A stretch of 61,558 bases of DNA, filler included, from Porpidia crustulata (taxonomy: Eukaryota), in NCBI GenBank assembly GCA_964255105.1. It is 6 parts of 6 records of this genome, joined end to end, with 100 filler letters (N's around TTAATTAATTAA, not from the genome) between each part and the next. Parts side by side here need not be neighbours in the genome. Positions count along the whole stretch, not along the records: positions 10,293 to 20,478 come from CAXUWE010000818.1; positions 20,579 to 30,763 come from CAXUWE010000819.1; 4 more parts are not named here. One strand, written 5' to 3'. The notes beneath the pieces are model-generated. The model worked only from the letters and a program-made list of their open reading frames with translations. It was not told the DNA's origin and did no database searches. A program made the translations under genes and the position numbers. This document shows positions 13,879 through 27,700 of the stretch, in pieces. The stretch's first letter is position 1. Every line of letters begins with the position of its first letter.

Positions 13879-14320
13879 CTTCCAGAGAATCAGGTCAAGT
13901 GCTTCCAGAAAATCTTGAGGATATTTTGCAGCTCATTGGGACCATCATTATCGATAGCGCTAAGTGCGGCCCGAGGTACTTAATTAAGCGAGATCCCATC
14001 ATTGAAATTGACTGTCAGACTGGAAGCTAGGGCTAGGTTCATGCTGCACTTTCAAAAGATAACTATTAAGTCGGCACATATGTAGTTCGTCTAATCACTT
14101 CAACCGTCAAAGCAGCATGCCGAAAAGAGGACTCGTAATTGGACGGACGATAATACGGACAGCAGGGCACATTATAGGTGGAAGATTGCAGCAGAAGCAA
14201 ATATATTTGATAGCGCTATCATCGTATAGTCCAATCTTTAAGGAAAGAAACCTCTAATTGGACACTGCGAGCTGCACATAGCCAAGTCACATCGTGGGCA
14301 CGACAAGAGCCACCCTGAAA

Positions 14321-14622
14321 TCAAGATCCTCCGCTAGCGAAACCGCCTTTGCGTCCTGCCTCCTTAGCAGCTTCGCTTCCCTTCTCGAAAGAACCGCTGG
14401 AAGCTTTTCCTCCCTGGGATGCAATTTCTTGCTAGAAGGTCGTCTTTGTTAGTACAATTTCGTCATCGCGTTTTTTCGAAGAGTAAGAAAGTAAATAATG
14501 TCATGGATGCGTACCACTTTCTCCGTGGGCATGCTGGCGAACCCTCCGCTCTTCTTTGCCGCCGCGGCGACCTCCTCCTCGGGACGGTTCGCAAAGTTCC
14601 CGGGGTTGTCGTTGCCGGACAT
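14321..14622 (-). CDS. con-10: Conidiation-specific protein CON-10-like (KGG-repeat stress protein), 2 exons, 72 aa
   Basis: Exon 14515-14622 MSGNDNPGNFANRPEEEVAAAAKKSGGFASMPTEKV, intron GTACGC...CTAG (14432-14514), exon 14321-14431 QEIASQGGKASSGSFEKGSEAAKEAGRKGGFASGGS*. Matches the CON-10 pattern NPGNFANRP...EIAS.GG. Not in the ORF track. Confidence 0.9.
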
Positions 14623-15155
14623 TACAGTAATGACTTGATGTAGGAATATGGACTGAGGGAAATTTGTTCGGAAGTGATGCTTGGATTTGAGTATGAGGAA
14701 ATTTGCTGAAATTTAAGATTACAAAGAGAAGAGATGAGTATTCATATTGCCAGCTCAGGCACTGAATGTTGACGTAATGTTGGAGGTGGGGGGAAGTCAA
14801 TATGATGATGTAAATTTTCTGCCCATGAACGACGCTGGAGGATGAGGGGCTCGCCTGTCTTGAGCCAATAGCCAGTCGGACTAAACATTCATCGCATTGC
14901 AACTGGATGCTCAAAGAGAGAAACCTTTTCTTGATATTGGACAATGCTTGTCTGCGCATGGAGTGACCAATCGTGAAGAAGTGTCGTGGCTGTAGAGAAT
15001 ACGTAGATATTCGAAACAAGATGAATGGGTATTGTGGTAGTACACCCTGGTGATCTCTTGCCATTAAATGACAATAGCTAGAAAAAGCCCTGCGATGGAA
15101 CGCATGAAACTGGCCGCTACGGACAAGTAGCGACAACATGCTCAAGATCTTGTTT

Positions 15156-16246
15156 TTATATCTGGCTACTCTCCGCTGAAGGCTCGCTACTGGCAGGAGC
15201 TACCATGGCTGGAGTAGAGATGGGCGTTGATACCGCAGCAGGTTGTTGTTCCTTCGAAGTTGCGGCGTGTAAACGTTGATCCAACACTTTCAGCGCCAAT
15301 GCCCGTCTGCGTTCTGCTTCTTCTCTCTTCCCGGCCCCTCCCCTTGGGCCACTCTGATTCAATAGACTTGGCAGTCCGCCCTCGTTCCTCGTCGTCGCTT
15401 GCTCGTTACTCGATTCGACATCCTCAGCGGAGAAAGGGGTACATATGCGCAGTGCAATCAGTGCATTGTAGATCCCGTCCGCAACAGCCGCAATTGGAGG
15501 CTGTACAACATCTGGCCAGAAGTATGCGAATGCAAAGGTCTCACTTGCATCACCTTTTATACCACCTCCAGTACTAGTGCTCGATAGATCTGGCTGCCTC
15601 TTGTAGAATCTTAAATATATCCAGCTAACAAAGAAACCTAACCAAGCCAACACCAGAGCTGTATCCGTTCCCAGAATGATCCCGGAGAGCGTGTTCGCAA
15701 CAAGGAAAATCGAAACAAAGTGTTTGACACGAATCTTGATCATCCCTTTCAGGATAGTGACTGTATGCTCCGGCACAAGCTGTTTGAAGGCCACAAGGAA
15801 GGCACCTTGAAGAGAAACGGAACCTTGGATTCTTGCCCAACTGGATCTTATATCAGCTCTGGGTGATTTTTGTTTGAAGTGTTGAGAACTTACGAGTGTG
15901 CATCCGTCCGACTAATCGCAAACCAAAGCAAATAGATGATAGCAGATGCGACGTATGGGATGATTGTCACAACAAGGACGAACTTCCCAAACTCCTTAGT
16001 TCCCCAAGCACGCTCGAGGTATTTCCCACCATAGAGAACGGTCGCACCAGTGACGAGCAAGGCAAGAATGTTTTGTTCAGCGAAGGTGGCAGTGAAGTAC
16101 ACCCATGGATAGAGCAATGATAGTTGCGGTATGAGCGCCAGGAATTCCGGATGCCTGGCGCGCGTGACCTGGTAGGCAGTGAAGATTCCAAGCAGCAAGA
16201 CCAGAAGGACCCGGGTTAGCGGGGGAATATTAATACGGAGTTGCAT
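15156..16246 (-). CDS. Rhomboid-like DUF1751/TMEM115 integral membrane protein
   Basis: MQLRINIPPLTR..., GGKYLERAWGTKEF, AFKQLVPEHTV, SWIYLRFY, GDASETFAFAYFWP and EAERRRALALK; one intron at ~15840-15893. Confidence 0.88.
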
Positions 16247-16993
16247 GGCAATGAGAACAGTATCGCCGTGGTACTACTCTGACCGAAAGTGACCTGTTGT
16301 ATATCCGTTGACGGGTAGCGTCTTTCCCGTTTAGGTGCCACGGTGTGTCAAGATCCACGAGCTGCGGGGCTAGCCGAGGCGCTAAAGACAAATCAGGCCT
16401 GGGCGTTCCGAATGGACGATCTTCCATTCCTTGCAGGCTGGTGGGCCAAACCTGCAGTTTGCAGATGTAGGTGTCTGCCGCAGCATCTCAGCCTGAAACG
16501 GAAAAGCAAGAGGGATCCAGAAGGCAAGAACTAAAGTCCATGTCTTGATACATTCCAACTGTACTCCAGGCATACGGTGTCTTCCGATGAACACGATAGT
16601 CAACAAACATTGGCATGCTCCGCTTTCCGGTTGGAAATTGGGATAGATCCAGTGTTTCGTCTTAGGCCGCAAGAGCCACTCATCCATTGTCAAGGATCCG
16701 GTAGGGCCAAGAGCGAATCGATAGGACGCCATCCGCGCATCATTTGTCGGGCACTAATGTAGTCCATGGCCTTCTCCAAAAGTCTCTAACGCTTTCATGT
16801 CGAGATTCCAGTGGTCCACATGATTGAAGCTACTAACTCCAGACACCAAACGCTGTAACCCGCATCTTCAGTTCACCCTTCTTCCCACACTTCCAACATT
16901 CACCAATTGTCATCACAATATCTTCGTACCCCATCGCAGTAATAACCAGTGTCTCTTGTCGCATGTGCACGTTGATGCTAGCCCGGATCGAAC

Positions 16994-19307
16994 ATGTCTG
17001 CTGTGCCTTTGAATTCGGATCATGTCAATTATCTGATATGGAGGTAAGTCGCCCTGTCTGTTTGGAACAGATTGGCAGGTACCGATGAGTAAGTCGCTAA
17101 TCTTTCACGGGACAAAGATATCTCCAAGAGTCAGGTAAGATCCCAGGACGTGACCACTGTTACACCTCAACAAAATAAAGTGGTTGAGATTAATTACGAT
17201 CGCAGGCTATGGCGACGCAGCTGTCAAACTTGAACGTGACTGGAACGTGGATCCACGCTCACTACCTTTTGCGCAATTTATCAGGACCCACGCCCTGGTG
17301 TTGTTGGTGCAGAGAGGGCTGCAATATTACGAAATCGAGCAATCATTGAATCAGGTATGTCGCAAAAATGCCAGATCCTGTGAACTACATCTTAGACATG
17401 TTAGCATGGCGAAGGAACTTCATTATCGTCGCCCGTGCCATTTTTTGGACCCGCTTCTGAACTTAACACATCATCACTCAACGGGGATGCAAGCGAAGAT
17501 GAAGCGGCTTACAAGTCGCGAAATTTCCTACGAACTCGCAAACATGGTCGAGAAAACACAGCAAACGGGCTTGGACTAGAGCTACCAGCAACAGGTTCGG
17601 CGGCTAAGAGAAGTCGCAGAAGCAATGGCCTGGAGAACACGACTACGGCAACGACCACGACAACAACGCATGGCAACCACAGTATTATTGATACCAAAGA
17701 TAGCGACAGGATGGAAATCGATCAGAACGGATATTCACGACCGGATGCAGCAGAACCACGCTCAGCAACTAATTCTAATTCCCCGGCAGCAGATAATTCA
17801 AGGACGATGATTGGTGGAACAGCAGAAGCGGCTGGCAACGGCATGGATGTGGATGTGGAAGCGGATGGGGAAGGGGAAGGGGATGTGGATGGAGAGGGGG
17901 ACGATGATAATGATGATGCGCCAGTGCCCGAGCATGCGAGTACCAGCAGCACCACCTTGAGGACGAGGACGAAGACGCGGACCCTGACGAATGGGGAGAG
18001 CGTGGGTGTGCAGAGCGACAAGGTTCGCGAATTAGGGCCCGAAACAAGCCTGCTGTGTGTGCCGGGTAAAAACGTGATGCATACAGTTTGGAATCCGCGA
18101 GATTCCCAAATCTTGGCCACCGGAGGCGAGGCGCTATCCCGTATCTGGACCATCTCGACAAAAACTGCTGCCCTCGCCGACACCGACACTACAATAGATG
18201 CGTCCGACACTGACAAATACAATGGTGCTCAACAAGAACGCTATGTTGATACGTTGGATCCATCGAATAGGTCCTTAGTTACCGCAATGGCGTGGAGTAG
18301 TGATGGTGATGTTCTCGCCGTTGCGACAAGAAGCGATACCTCCGGCTGGATTGGAGTTGTTTCGCTGTGGGACAAACATGGTGAATGGCTTGACGAACTT
18401 ACTACAGCAGAAGATATGATTCTAATGTTCCGATGGAATCCGTCGGGTACTCATCTTCTGGGTATCACGTCTTCTGGGAGAGAAAGCAGTGCCTTGGTCG
18501 TCTGGGATACCCGATCTTTAGACGCCATGCCGTCCTTCCAATTAGATGATGTGGTCACAGACGCAGCTTGGTCTGATGATCAAAAGTTCACAATATGTGG
18601 TCACAATACTATTGTCGATATGGCGCTTAGTGTCCAAGGCGTCATCGCCGTTCAGAATCATAATGAACAGGAGAAGTACCACAATTGGACACACATTCGC
18701 TTCGATCATGCAAGCCGTACGACTGCCATGGCGGCCGAAGAATCTGCAGTACTCGGGATCATCGAGGCTTCGGGTAATTTGAAAACCACGACAGCACATG
18801 ATGCAGAGATTACTGCCCTTGCGTACCAGCCAATCTCCAATCCTTCATCATACCTCCCGAATTCTCCCCGTCTGCTTGTAACCTCATCTTTGGACGGTCA
18901 TATAAGAATCTGGGATGCCACTCAACCATTCTCTACCATCCACACTCTCAGCCTAGGCCGCAACACTCCCCCAATGACCATCAGCTTCACTCCAGATGGC
19001 TACCTCGTAGCAGCAGCGAGCTGGCATCGGGTAATGATCTGGAATGCCGACATGGGTGGATTTCCAAAAGCAAGTTGGAAAGGCGAACCCGGGACATGGC
19101 AGAGTCTGACGGTAAATGGCGTTGATCAGGATAGCGGGATTGGAGAAGAGGAAGAAGGACCCACGCACTCGTTGAGTTGGGACGCTGATGGTGGAAAGCT
19201 CGCTTATGGATTGGGGAGCCAGGTATGTTGATTATGCTCCTATTCAAGCCATTTCTGGAGCATAGACTGATTTGACAAAGATTGCCATCATCAACTTTCG
19301 ACCCTAA
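16994..19307 (+). CDS. SIF2: LisH/WD40 protein SIF2/TBL1-like (Set3C/NCoR subunit), multi-exon
   Basis: MSAVPLNSDHVNYLIWR|YLQES|GYGDAA...LVLLVQRGLQYYEIE LisH region spread over short exons; WD40 repeats in ORF 17435-19231; last exon IAIINFRP* at 19281-19307. Confidence 0.8.
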
Positions 19308-20478
19308 TACAAGCTTTCAGATTGTCAAACTTCGAGTTGACACTCTAGCCTTCGAAATGGCGAAGCTATCAAATTCAATACGGTCGAGAAACGGTACAGT
19401 AACAATGCTGTCTGGATGAGAAGTATCCGGCATGAGGTTTGGTACAATACCATTCCAGATCGTTGCCTCCATCCAGGATCACGGCCACGCCTTAAAAATT
19501 CTTCAACGCGTCTGTCAGCGCCATACAAGCATCGTCAATACGTACCCTAGAATCCAACGAACGCCATAGAAGCTGAACAATACCACAAGATGGCATAGAC
19601 GCCGTTCTATCATGCGTCGGGCATGATCCTCCCCGAAGCCGCAGCTCGCCGTGGATCCACCACAAGCAAGACGAAACGTTCACCGTACCCAATCAGCAGA
19701 CATCGGAGGAAAGCATGCCGTGCGTTTTCAATTCAAAGATACCAAGATCAGCGAGTCTCTTCCTGTCATTAGTGTATTATGGCGTAGAATAGCGCCGCGA
19801 AAGATGTCTTCCTACAGCTTTCGCCTTTTTCTTCGAGTCGGCGGAAGCACGGGAATCACGAGGGGAGGGCAGATTGGTCCGTGAGGCTGGCAGCGGGAAG
19901 TTTGTACTGTTATGCAGCGTAAGATATATAATTGTAAGCTAGGGTAGATACTCGGTGTGTTCAAGACCATTTAGGGAGTTTTCTCGAGGCGACGAGACGG
20001 ATCTTGTAGAGATGATATCCGTGTAACGTTCGCTTAGTGATCATGTCCATGTCACATTAATCGCGGACATGATCTCAATCATCCATTTTCCACCACCACC
20101 GTCATCCTCTATCACACGCATCGCTAATTTTCATTGCCTCCCAGCCTATGCCAAATATCTAGTCCAGCTTTGTGGATAGGATTGCGTGTTCTCCGGGTAT
20201 CTAACCTGAAAGGTACGTAGATAAAACGCGCCCTTACCTGCACAGACGTATCTGCATTGTAGCATTTACATTTCTCATATCTTTTTCTTTTCAGATTTTT
20301 TGAGGCCGTATTTCGATGCTGCAACACATTTCTATCGTTTCCCCACATTGACAATATCAAGTCTTTTTCTTCTTCTCATTTACGTCTATCAAACCGATCG
20401 ATAATTTTCCGTCTACACATCCCTTACTCCTGTACCTCACAAACCCCGCAGTACTTTACATTCATATCTCCTAATCAT

Positions 20479-20578
20479 NNNNNNNNNNNNNNNNNNNNNN
20501 NNNNNNNNNNNNNNNNNNNNNNTTAATTAATTAANNNNNNNNNNNNNNNNNNNNNNNNNNNNNNNNNNNNNNNNNNNN
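20479..20578. other. Artificial contig spacer
   Basis: 44 N + TTAATTAATTAA + 44 N. Confidence 0.98.
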
Positions 20579-20841
20579 GATTGTGAGCTGTTGACGCTGG
20601 GGATGAGGGATTCTTGGGGAATGAAGAAGCTGCTGATTCTACAGGTTCATGCGTCGTTAAAGCCGTTTTTCGTGTTGTTGTTTTTCGTTCTATGCTACTA
20701 CTACTACTCCTACTACCATTCAATTGTTGGCGGTTAATATATATAGTGGATTAGCAATGGATAGGTGCGATCGCATTTTGTCCAACATCAACATCTCTCT
20801 ATCAATGATGCTTTGGTGTGATTTGATGGGAATAAATCTTT

Positions 20842-22366
20842 CTACTCTTCATGTCGGTGCTTGGGCATCCGCGGAAACGACAACCATATACCCAGCAATA
20901 TGCACAAGAACGCCAGGATGACAGGCTGCAGCGTGGCGACGCCCTTCGCCGATACGATTGCTCCGACCATGAACGGCAATCTGTGTGAGTTAGCTCTAAG
21001 ATCAATGATCCAACGCAAATAGGAGCACCGCTTACAGAGCAGCTCCGCTTCCACCGAGCGCGGCGCTGAAGCCAATCGTGGCGACATGCAATCTCCGCGG
21101 CAGGATCCGCGTCACCAGGACCACCAACGACGGGAACAGCGGGCCCATGAAGAAGCCCACGAGTGCGATAGCGACGGCCGAGACGATGAACTGCGGGACG
21201 AGCCAGAACAGGAGCTCGGCGCCGATGGCGCAGAGGGTGTAGATGATGACGGCCAAACGTTCGCCGATTTTGGGAGTGACGAAGCCGAGGAAGATGCGGC
21301 CAGCGGTGATGCCGAGCCAAAATCCTGTTGCTGTGAGACCGGAGGGGAAGGGGTTGCCGTGGCGGACTTGGGTCATGAAGACGACGATGTAACCGCCGGT
21401 GGAGACTGCATGAGGTTAGCGAAGTTCCGAGGGAATCAGCAAGGCAGCTTGGACGGACCTTCAGCTCCCATGTACATGAGTACGAAAAAAGCTGCAACCC
21501 AGGTGGTCCGCTTCTTGAGAGCTTGCCTGGTCATGCCGTTCTCCTCGCTGTTGTCCGCTCGTGCGCCCTCCCGGTAGACTTTGCTGTTGTCTTCCCAAAA
21601 GGCCACGGTGGTGAGGACTAATTCCGTCACGAGCAGTCCAATCATGAGGTAAAAGAACTGCCACCAGTGCAATCCGTACTTTGTGACCATGGCCGTGGCA
21701 ATTGCCGGGCTGATTACCGCTCCAGCGCCATAACATCCGTGAAGAAGCCCGAGGATCTGATTTGAATGATCCAGGGATCCGACCCAAGCGTTCCAGGCTC
21801 CGTCAAGCAATCCGTTTCCAAATCCCGCAAACACTAGAAATGCGACAACAGCGGGATACGGAGGATGCACGGCAACGACGATAAATGCGAGAATCTTGCT
21901 GGTCGGGGACATTATGGCAATGCCTCGTCGGCCAAACCGCATATGCAGTCGGTCACTGACGAGTGCGGCAACAGCATAGCCCGCGAATGGCGCGAGAAAG
22001 ACAAGGGAAGCGACAGTATAGGAAAGATGGTAGTCGCTTTGTATCTGCATTTTTGTCAACTAAAGGCTCATACTGGATCGTTTCATGGGATCATGGGCAC
22101 ACATATGGTAACAGCGGCCCGTAAGAGGATTCATTCATGCCTAGATTGATGAATGCGAAAAAAATGACCGCGAGTCGCCTGGTGTTCCGGCGGGGTTCAT
22201 TCCATTTCTCAAGGACTTCGACCTCATTTTCCGGTTCTTGACCTTGGGTACCGGAAAGTGCATGGCCCTTTTCGGTATTGTTTTGTATGGATGATTGATC
22301 TTTGGGAGAGCTCGAGAGAGGAGGTTCAGTTAAGGGTAGCTCAACGGCGCTCGTTTGGTGCGACAT
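20842..22366 (-). CDS. Major facilitator superfamily transporter (BSC6/TsgA-like), 4 exons
   Basis: LGMNESSYGPLLPY; motif-A-like SDRLHMRFGRR; GFGNGLLDGAWNAW; GLLHGCYGAGAVISP; YMGAEVSTGG; GFWLGITAGR; GFFMGPLFP; LPFMVGA. About 12 hydrophobic segments; canonical introns. Confidence 0.9.
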
Positions 22367-22856
22367 GATGATATTCTCGTCTGAGAAGGAGAGGCGTCAA
22401 CTGATGTTGCGTGGGCGACGTAAGCTGGAAGGAAGGGGCAGATGGAGATAACATGCTAGATGTGCAAAGTGGAAACAAGACGTAATCTTCTAGATCGTTG
22501 AGGGTCGTGGAGGACGGCAGGAAGAGACTTTTAGGCGGGGTTTGGCAGGCATACGCAACGGATGCATCTGAGCATCGCCAGCTAGGAGGAGAATGAAGTT
22601 GGAGTTGATTGCGAGGGAGCGGTCGATGACGCCAAGCATCGCTTAACGAATGCGGTAAGGGCTCGGTTATGCAGGGGACGACAGCTCATCAGGATGAAGA
22701 AAAGGAAGAAGAAGAAATAGGGAATCCTTCGAGGTTCGGTTAGACTCCAATGAGCCTATCACAGATAAATACTCTTGGGTGTGCCCAGATCTAGCGGCGT
22801 AGATGGATAGATAGTCGAAGATCGATGAGACGGGTAGGATGCTAGTGAGATAGGTC

Positions 22857-24394
22857 ATGTCAGAATGCTGCAGGCACGGAGATGAAGATTCCAGTATTCT
22901 TCCTCCCTCCAAGCGAGCTCACGTGTACCGCGGGACGAGCCTTGCGGGGTGAGGTATGTCCTAAGACTTGTAATTCAGAAGACAGCTTAAGCCTAGGGAA
23001 CTAAGTGTGCACAGAAATACTTCGGTTACACACAGGGCAGATGCTTTGACTGCGGAACACTAGTACAGGTACGCAGTACATGGCGTGATCCCGTGAGAAG
23101 ATTGACATTGGAACTATACCAGGCTTAATGTTGGTGGTGGAGGCGGAACGAGGAAGTGGGGTTGAGGGCGGAATTAGCGCTAGAGACAGAGTTCGTGGAG
23201 TCGCTTCCGCTAGACGGACGACGGAACACGGGCACACGGGATGACGGGAAATTATTAGCCGACGTTCCCGAGACAGAAACCTTAATCCCCGAGGAAACGT
23301 CTTCTCGAGGAGTCAACTACTGCAGTAGCAAAGCGTCCTTCATCAACTACTCACTCATGGCTTGTTCGATATCTGCATACACATGCCTGGGCATCCTTCG
23401 CGACATTCACGCCATCATCAATTCCATGCGCGTATGACTCATGACAATGATAGTTCTCGCTTCGACCACCGCGTACTGCCTGTCCATCCCAACGGCTCAT
23501 CTCGCCCTCCTCCAGCATCTAGTATGTATGGATCTGTCGAAGGGGAAAGACGGCTCGCAATCACGTCAGTATGTGGAAACAAGATCGGCACACTCGACAA
23601 GTGTTGGGGCTCGTACAGCCGCATGGGCTCAACAGAAGGATAAACTTTCTTGGACGGAATCCTGCCCTGCTAGATCTTTGTCGTCTTCAGTTTGTCACAG
23701 CTGGCATACTCCAACGGACGAAGAAGATCGTCCGGTCTCAGTTACACATTTTTAGTGGGGGTGATAGTTCAAAATTTGGCAAGTATTATCAGCTTTCTCG
23801 TGTAATTCAGTGGCATGTTCCGTTTCAAGGCTCTGTTTTGATGTTTTCTGGCTGTATGAAATACTCGTAAGGAGAAGATAGCGTCCTGGAATATGAAATA
23901 CGGCATCTACTTGTCTTCCAGTCGATCTTTCCTTCGTGAGCGGCGATCGAGGTGCACATCACCCGCCCCCAGCTACTCAGCTTTTAGCTTTCTTAGCACC
24001 GAAGATGGTGATGCAAACGCCGTAGTGTTGGCGTGGAAGGATCTAACTTTCCATCCGATGGCTCCTCGTGTTTGCAGATCTTGCATGAAATCTCTTGGCA
24101 TTCGACAGATGCATACGAGGCTGTTGCCATATCTGTTTGGCCCCAAGAACTAGAAAGAACTCGTATATTGTTACGATACGTACTAGGCGTTCCGGCTGCT
24201 ACGAAGATTGTGTAGAGCAATGTGATGGGCAATACCTGAGAATTCCAAAGTGGGACCGAGGATTGGATGCAAATGTCCCTGTCAGTTTTCAAGCAGAAGC
24301 CACCAGCACCGCTTCACCAGAATATGAGCAGTCACCTCACAGATTGAGAGATGATTACGTCTGTTTGTTGAGAAATTTTCCGTTTGTCAAATAA
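22857..24394 (+). pseudogene. Probable decayed Zn(II)2Cys6 fungal transcription factor
   Basis: PPSKRAHVYRG/xEPCGVR, intron GTATGT, then TKCAQKYFGYTQGR. This looks like a mutated RxxxACxxCRxRKxKCxxxxPxCxxC cluster with Cys codons changed and frameshifts. Downstream 1.4 kb holds broken ORF fragments only. Confidence 0.38.
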
Positions 24395-24734
24395 GATGTT
24401 TATAATCGCTTTGTAACGATATGTCAATAAGCAATACATGAAACAAGCAATGCAACCCTGGCGTTTCTGTCGAATCGCTCGAACTTTGAACTCGGCGACG
24501 ACTCCTATATCCGACCCTCGGACGATACAAGTGTGCATCGAGAGCCTGTCCACGTTTTCAATAATTTACCGCTATTGACGGACTTGTCCTCAGCTGTGGG
24601 CTAAGTAAGATATGAGTAGCAATATAAATATGCATTCAGAGCCCCATAGCAAAGACATTAGGTGAACATCTCACATTATTTACTATATACTTTTACGTCA
24701 AGACTTGAATAAGAAGGAATAACGGTCTAAAGAC

Positions 24735-27700
24735 ATGCCTGTTTCCGAGGAGCAGTATTATGGTACCGCCAGGGAAGATTGGCTCCAACTTAAGCGATGG
24801 AACCAAGATGTTCCCGAAGAATACCACGCATGTGTTCATTACATATTTGAAAACCAAGTCGAACTTCGCCCAGAAGCACCAGCTGTCTGCGCTTGGGACG
24901 GTTGCCTCTCCTATGATAAGCTCGACCAATTATCAGCTAGACTGGGAAGTTATCTCGCGACTTTGGGAGTACGAAACGGGGTCTACGTGCCATTCTGTTT
25001 CGAGAAGTCGCTTTGGGCTGTGGTCGCTACCGCTGCCATCTTGAAAGCAGGTGGTGCTTATGTACCGCTTGATCCGTCACATCCAAGTGACCGTCTTCTG
25101 GGTATCCTTGAGGATGTAGGAGCGAAGATAGTTTTGACGTCCAGCCTGCACGCGGAATTGTTATCTGGATCGACGGCACAGATTGTACCAGTATCATCAG
25201 AATTCCTAGACAGTCTCCAAGATAGGCCTATGCCGGAAGCATTCCATCATCACTCTAGTCCTACCGACCCAGTTGTTGTCCTTTTTACCTCTGGAAGTAC
25301 CGGTCGGCCAAAAGGTGTAGTCTTACAACATGCAGCGATAGCGACGCATGCAAGATCGCATGGTGAAGCTCTGCTGATGAATCAGGATTCCCGGGTCTTG
25401 CAGTTTGCGGCACATGTGTGGGATATTGCAACAATGGATATATGGACAACATTGATGCATGGCGGGTGTGTTTGTATACCTTCGGAACAAGAACGCCGTA
25501 GTGATATTGCTGGAGCAATGGAGCGGATGCAGGTAAATTGGGCGCTACTTACCCCATCGTTCGTTGTGGACCTTCTTCAACCGGACGATGTTCCAGGACT
25601 GAAGGTGCTAGTATTGGCTGGGGAGCCAATGAAGCAAGAAATTATTTCGAAGTGGAGCGAGAAAGTCCGCTTACTCAATACATACGGCCCTGCTGAGAGT
25701 GGATTATGCACAGCCATTGAATATGGATCGAAAGAAAGCAAGGCCGAAAATATTGGAAAGCGTATGCCCGCGAGTCTCTGTTGGATTACTGACGTTGATG
25801 ACCATGAAAAGCTTGTCCCCATTGGTTCAGTTGGTGAGCTTCTCGTGGAGGGACCCCCTTTGGCGCTTGGGTATCTGGGCGATGAAAATAAGACCAAGAT
25901 GAGTTTCATCGAAAACCCGAAATTCCTTCAGAGCAACCGTTCTACACGACAGCGGAGACTCTACAAGACCGGCGATCTCGCACAATATTGCCTCGATGGG
26001 TCTTTGAATTTCAAAGGACGCCGCGACAACCAGGTTAAAATCCGAGGTCAACGAGTGGAGCTCAGCGAGATAGAAAGTCACGTGGAAATCTACAGCGGAG
26101 TTTCAAGGGCTATAGTCTGCTATCCTAGAAGTGGGCCATTCAAGGACCAACTCGTGTCTATTGTGCAAACCTCGAGCATTGTCCTCGAAACTATGGCGGA
26201 GTTGAAAGTCCGCCCAACAAACCAGGAATTGGGAGGAAGTTCAACTTTGACTTTGCAAAGCCAGCTCTTGCAGTGGCTAAGCGACCGACTACCGGTCCAT
26301 ATGGTTCCCAACATTGTCATTTTAATTGAAGCATTACCTCTGACATTGTCTGCGAAGATCGACAGGAAAAGAATCGAGGATTGGCTACTTTCCATGTCCC
26401 CCGAAGAAGTGAACGCTTGCTGCCACAACGTTCGAGATTCCATCTCAAAGGAGCCTCTGTTCCAGAGTGAAGAAACCGCGCTCAAATTAAGCCTCAAGAT
26501 TGCCGGTATTGTTGATGAGAAGCGTGTAGGATTTGGAAAGGCACTCTTGGGCCATGATTTCATTTTACTTGATCTTGGTATTGACTCGATACAGTACATC
26601 AAGCTATTGACGTTTGTCAAGCTCATATGGGGGACCAGTATACCTCTGGCCATGTTGACCGGATCAAGGACGACCGTGCGATTGCTAGCGCAATTTATCG
26701 ACTCCGCTGGAAGCCGCGATAAGGTCAAGATACAACAGGTTTCAGCGGCCGCTTTGCTAACAGAAGTTGCTACCTTTGTCAAGCAACTAACACCGAGCAT
26801 TAATCCTTTGGCACCGTGTAACTGTACCAACTGTCACCGTGATTTCTCTACAGTCTTACTCACTGGGACCACCGGCTTTCTCGGAACGCAGATACTATGG
26901 CATCTGCTCTTACAATCAACGGTGAAGCGAGTTATCGCCCATGTGCGCGCGGAGAATGCACATATCGGCCTTGAACGGATTATTGACATAGCCAGAAAAT
27001 CCGGATGGTGGCAAGAGAAGTATGTGGAGAGAATAGAAATCTGGGTCGGTGACCTGGCGGTAGAGCCGCACCTGGGCTTATCTGCGGAGCAGTGGGATCG
27101 GATTCGAGGCTTTGGAGAGAATCCAATTGATGCCATCATCCACAATGGTGCCAGAGTGCATTGGATGCAAGACTATGATACTCTCAAGCCTACGAATGTC
27201 AATTCTACTGTGCACTTACTTCGAGCAAGCCTCGAATCCAGTTCGCTATCTAGATTTATCTATGTCTCTGGAGGACAGCAACTTCGACTTCTTGAGCAGA
27301 ATGACCAAGAGCGTGCCGAGGAAGCGATCAAGTTCAATGGATACGCTCAAACCAAGCTCGTCTCGGAACTTCTGGTCCGGGAAGCTGGGCGGCTTGACAG
27401 TGTGGTTAGAGAAAGACCGAGCCGTTTCCAGGTGGTCAAGCCTGGCTATATCATTGGAACAACTGAGAAAGGCATCGCTAACCCAGACGACTTCTTATGG
27501 CGATTAGCAGCAGGAGTAATTGAAGTGAAGGGATACAATCTAGCCGATCAAAAATCCTTCCTCTTCATATCGAGCGTTGATCGAGTTGCCAATATCATCG
27601 CCAATAGCTGCTTATCCGCAAACGATATGGGATCAGACAGCAACAAGATTAGCGTTTTCGATGGACTGACCATGGAAGAATTTTGGGATGTTGTCCGACG

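Noticed and set aside
14501..15145. 214-aa minus-strand ORF upstream of and overlapping con-10
   Set aside because: Non-ATG start, no motif, and out of frame with the well-supported CON-10 exon.
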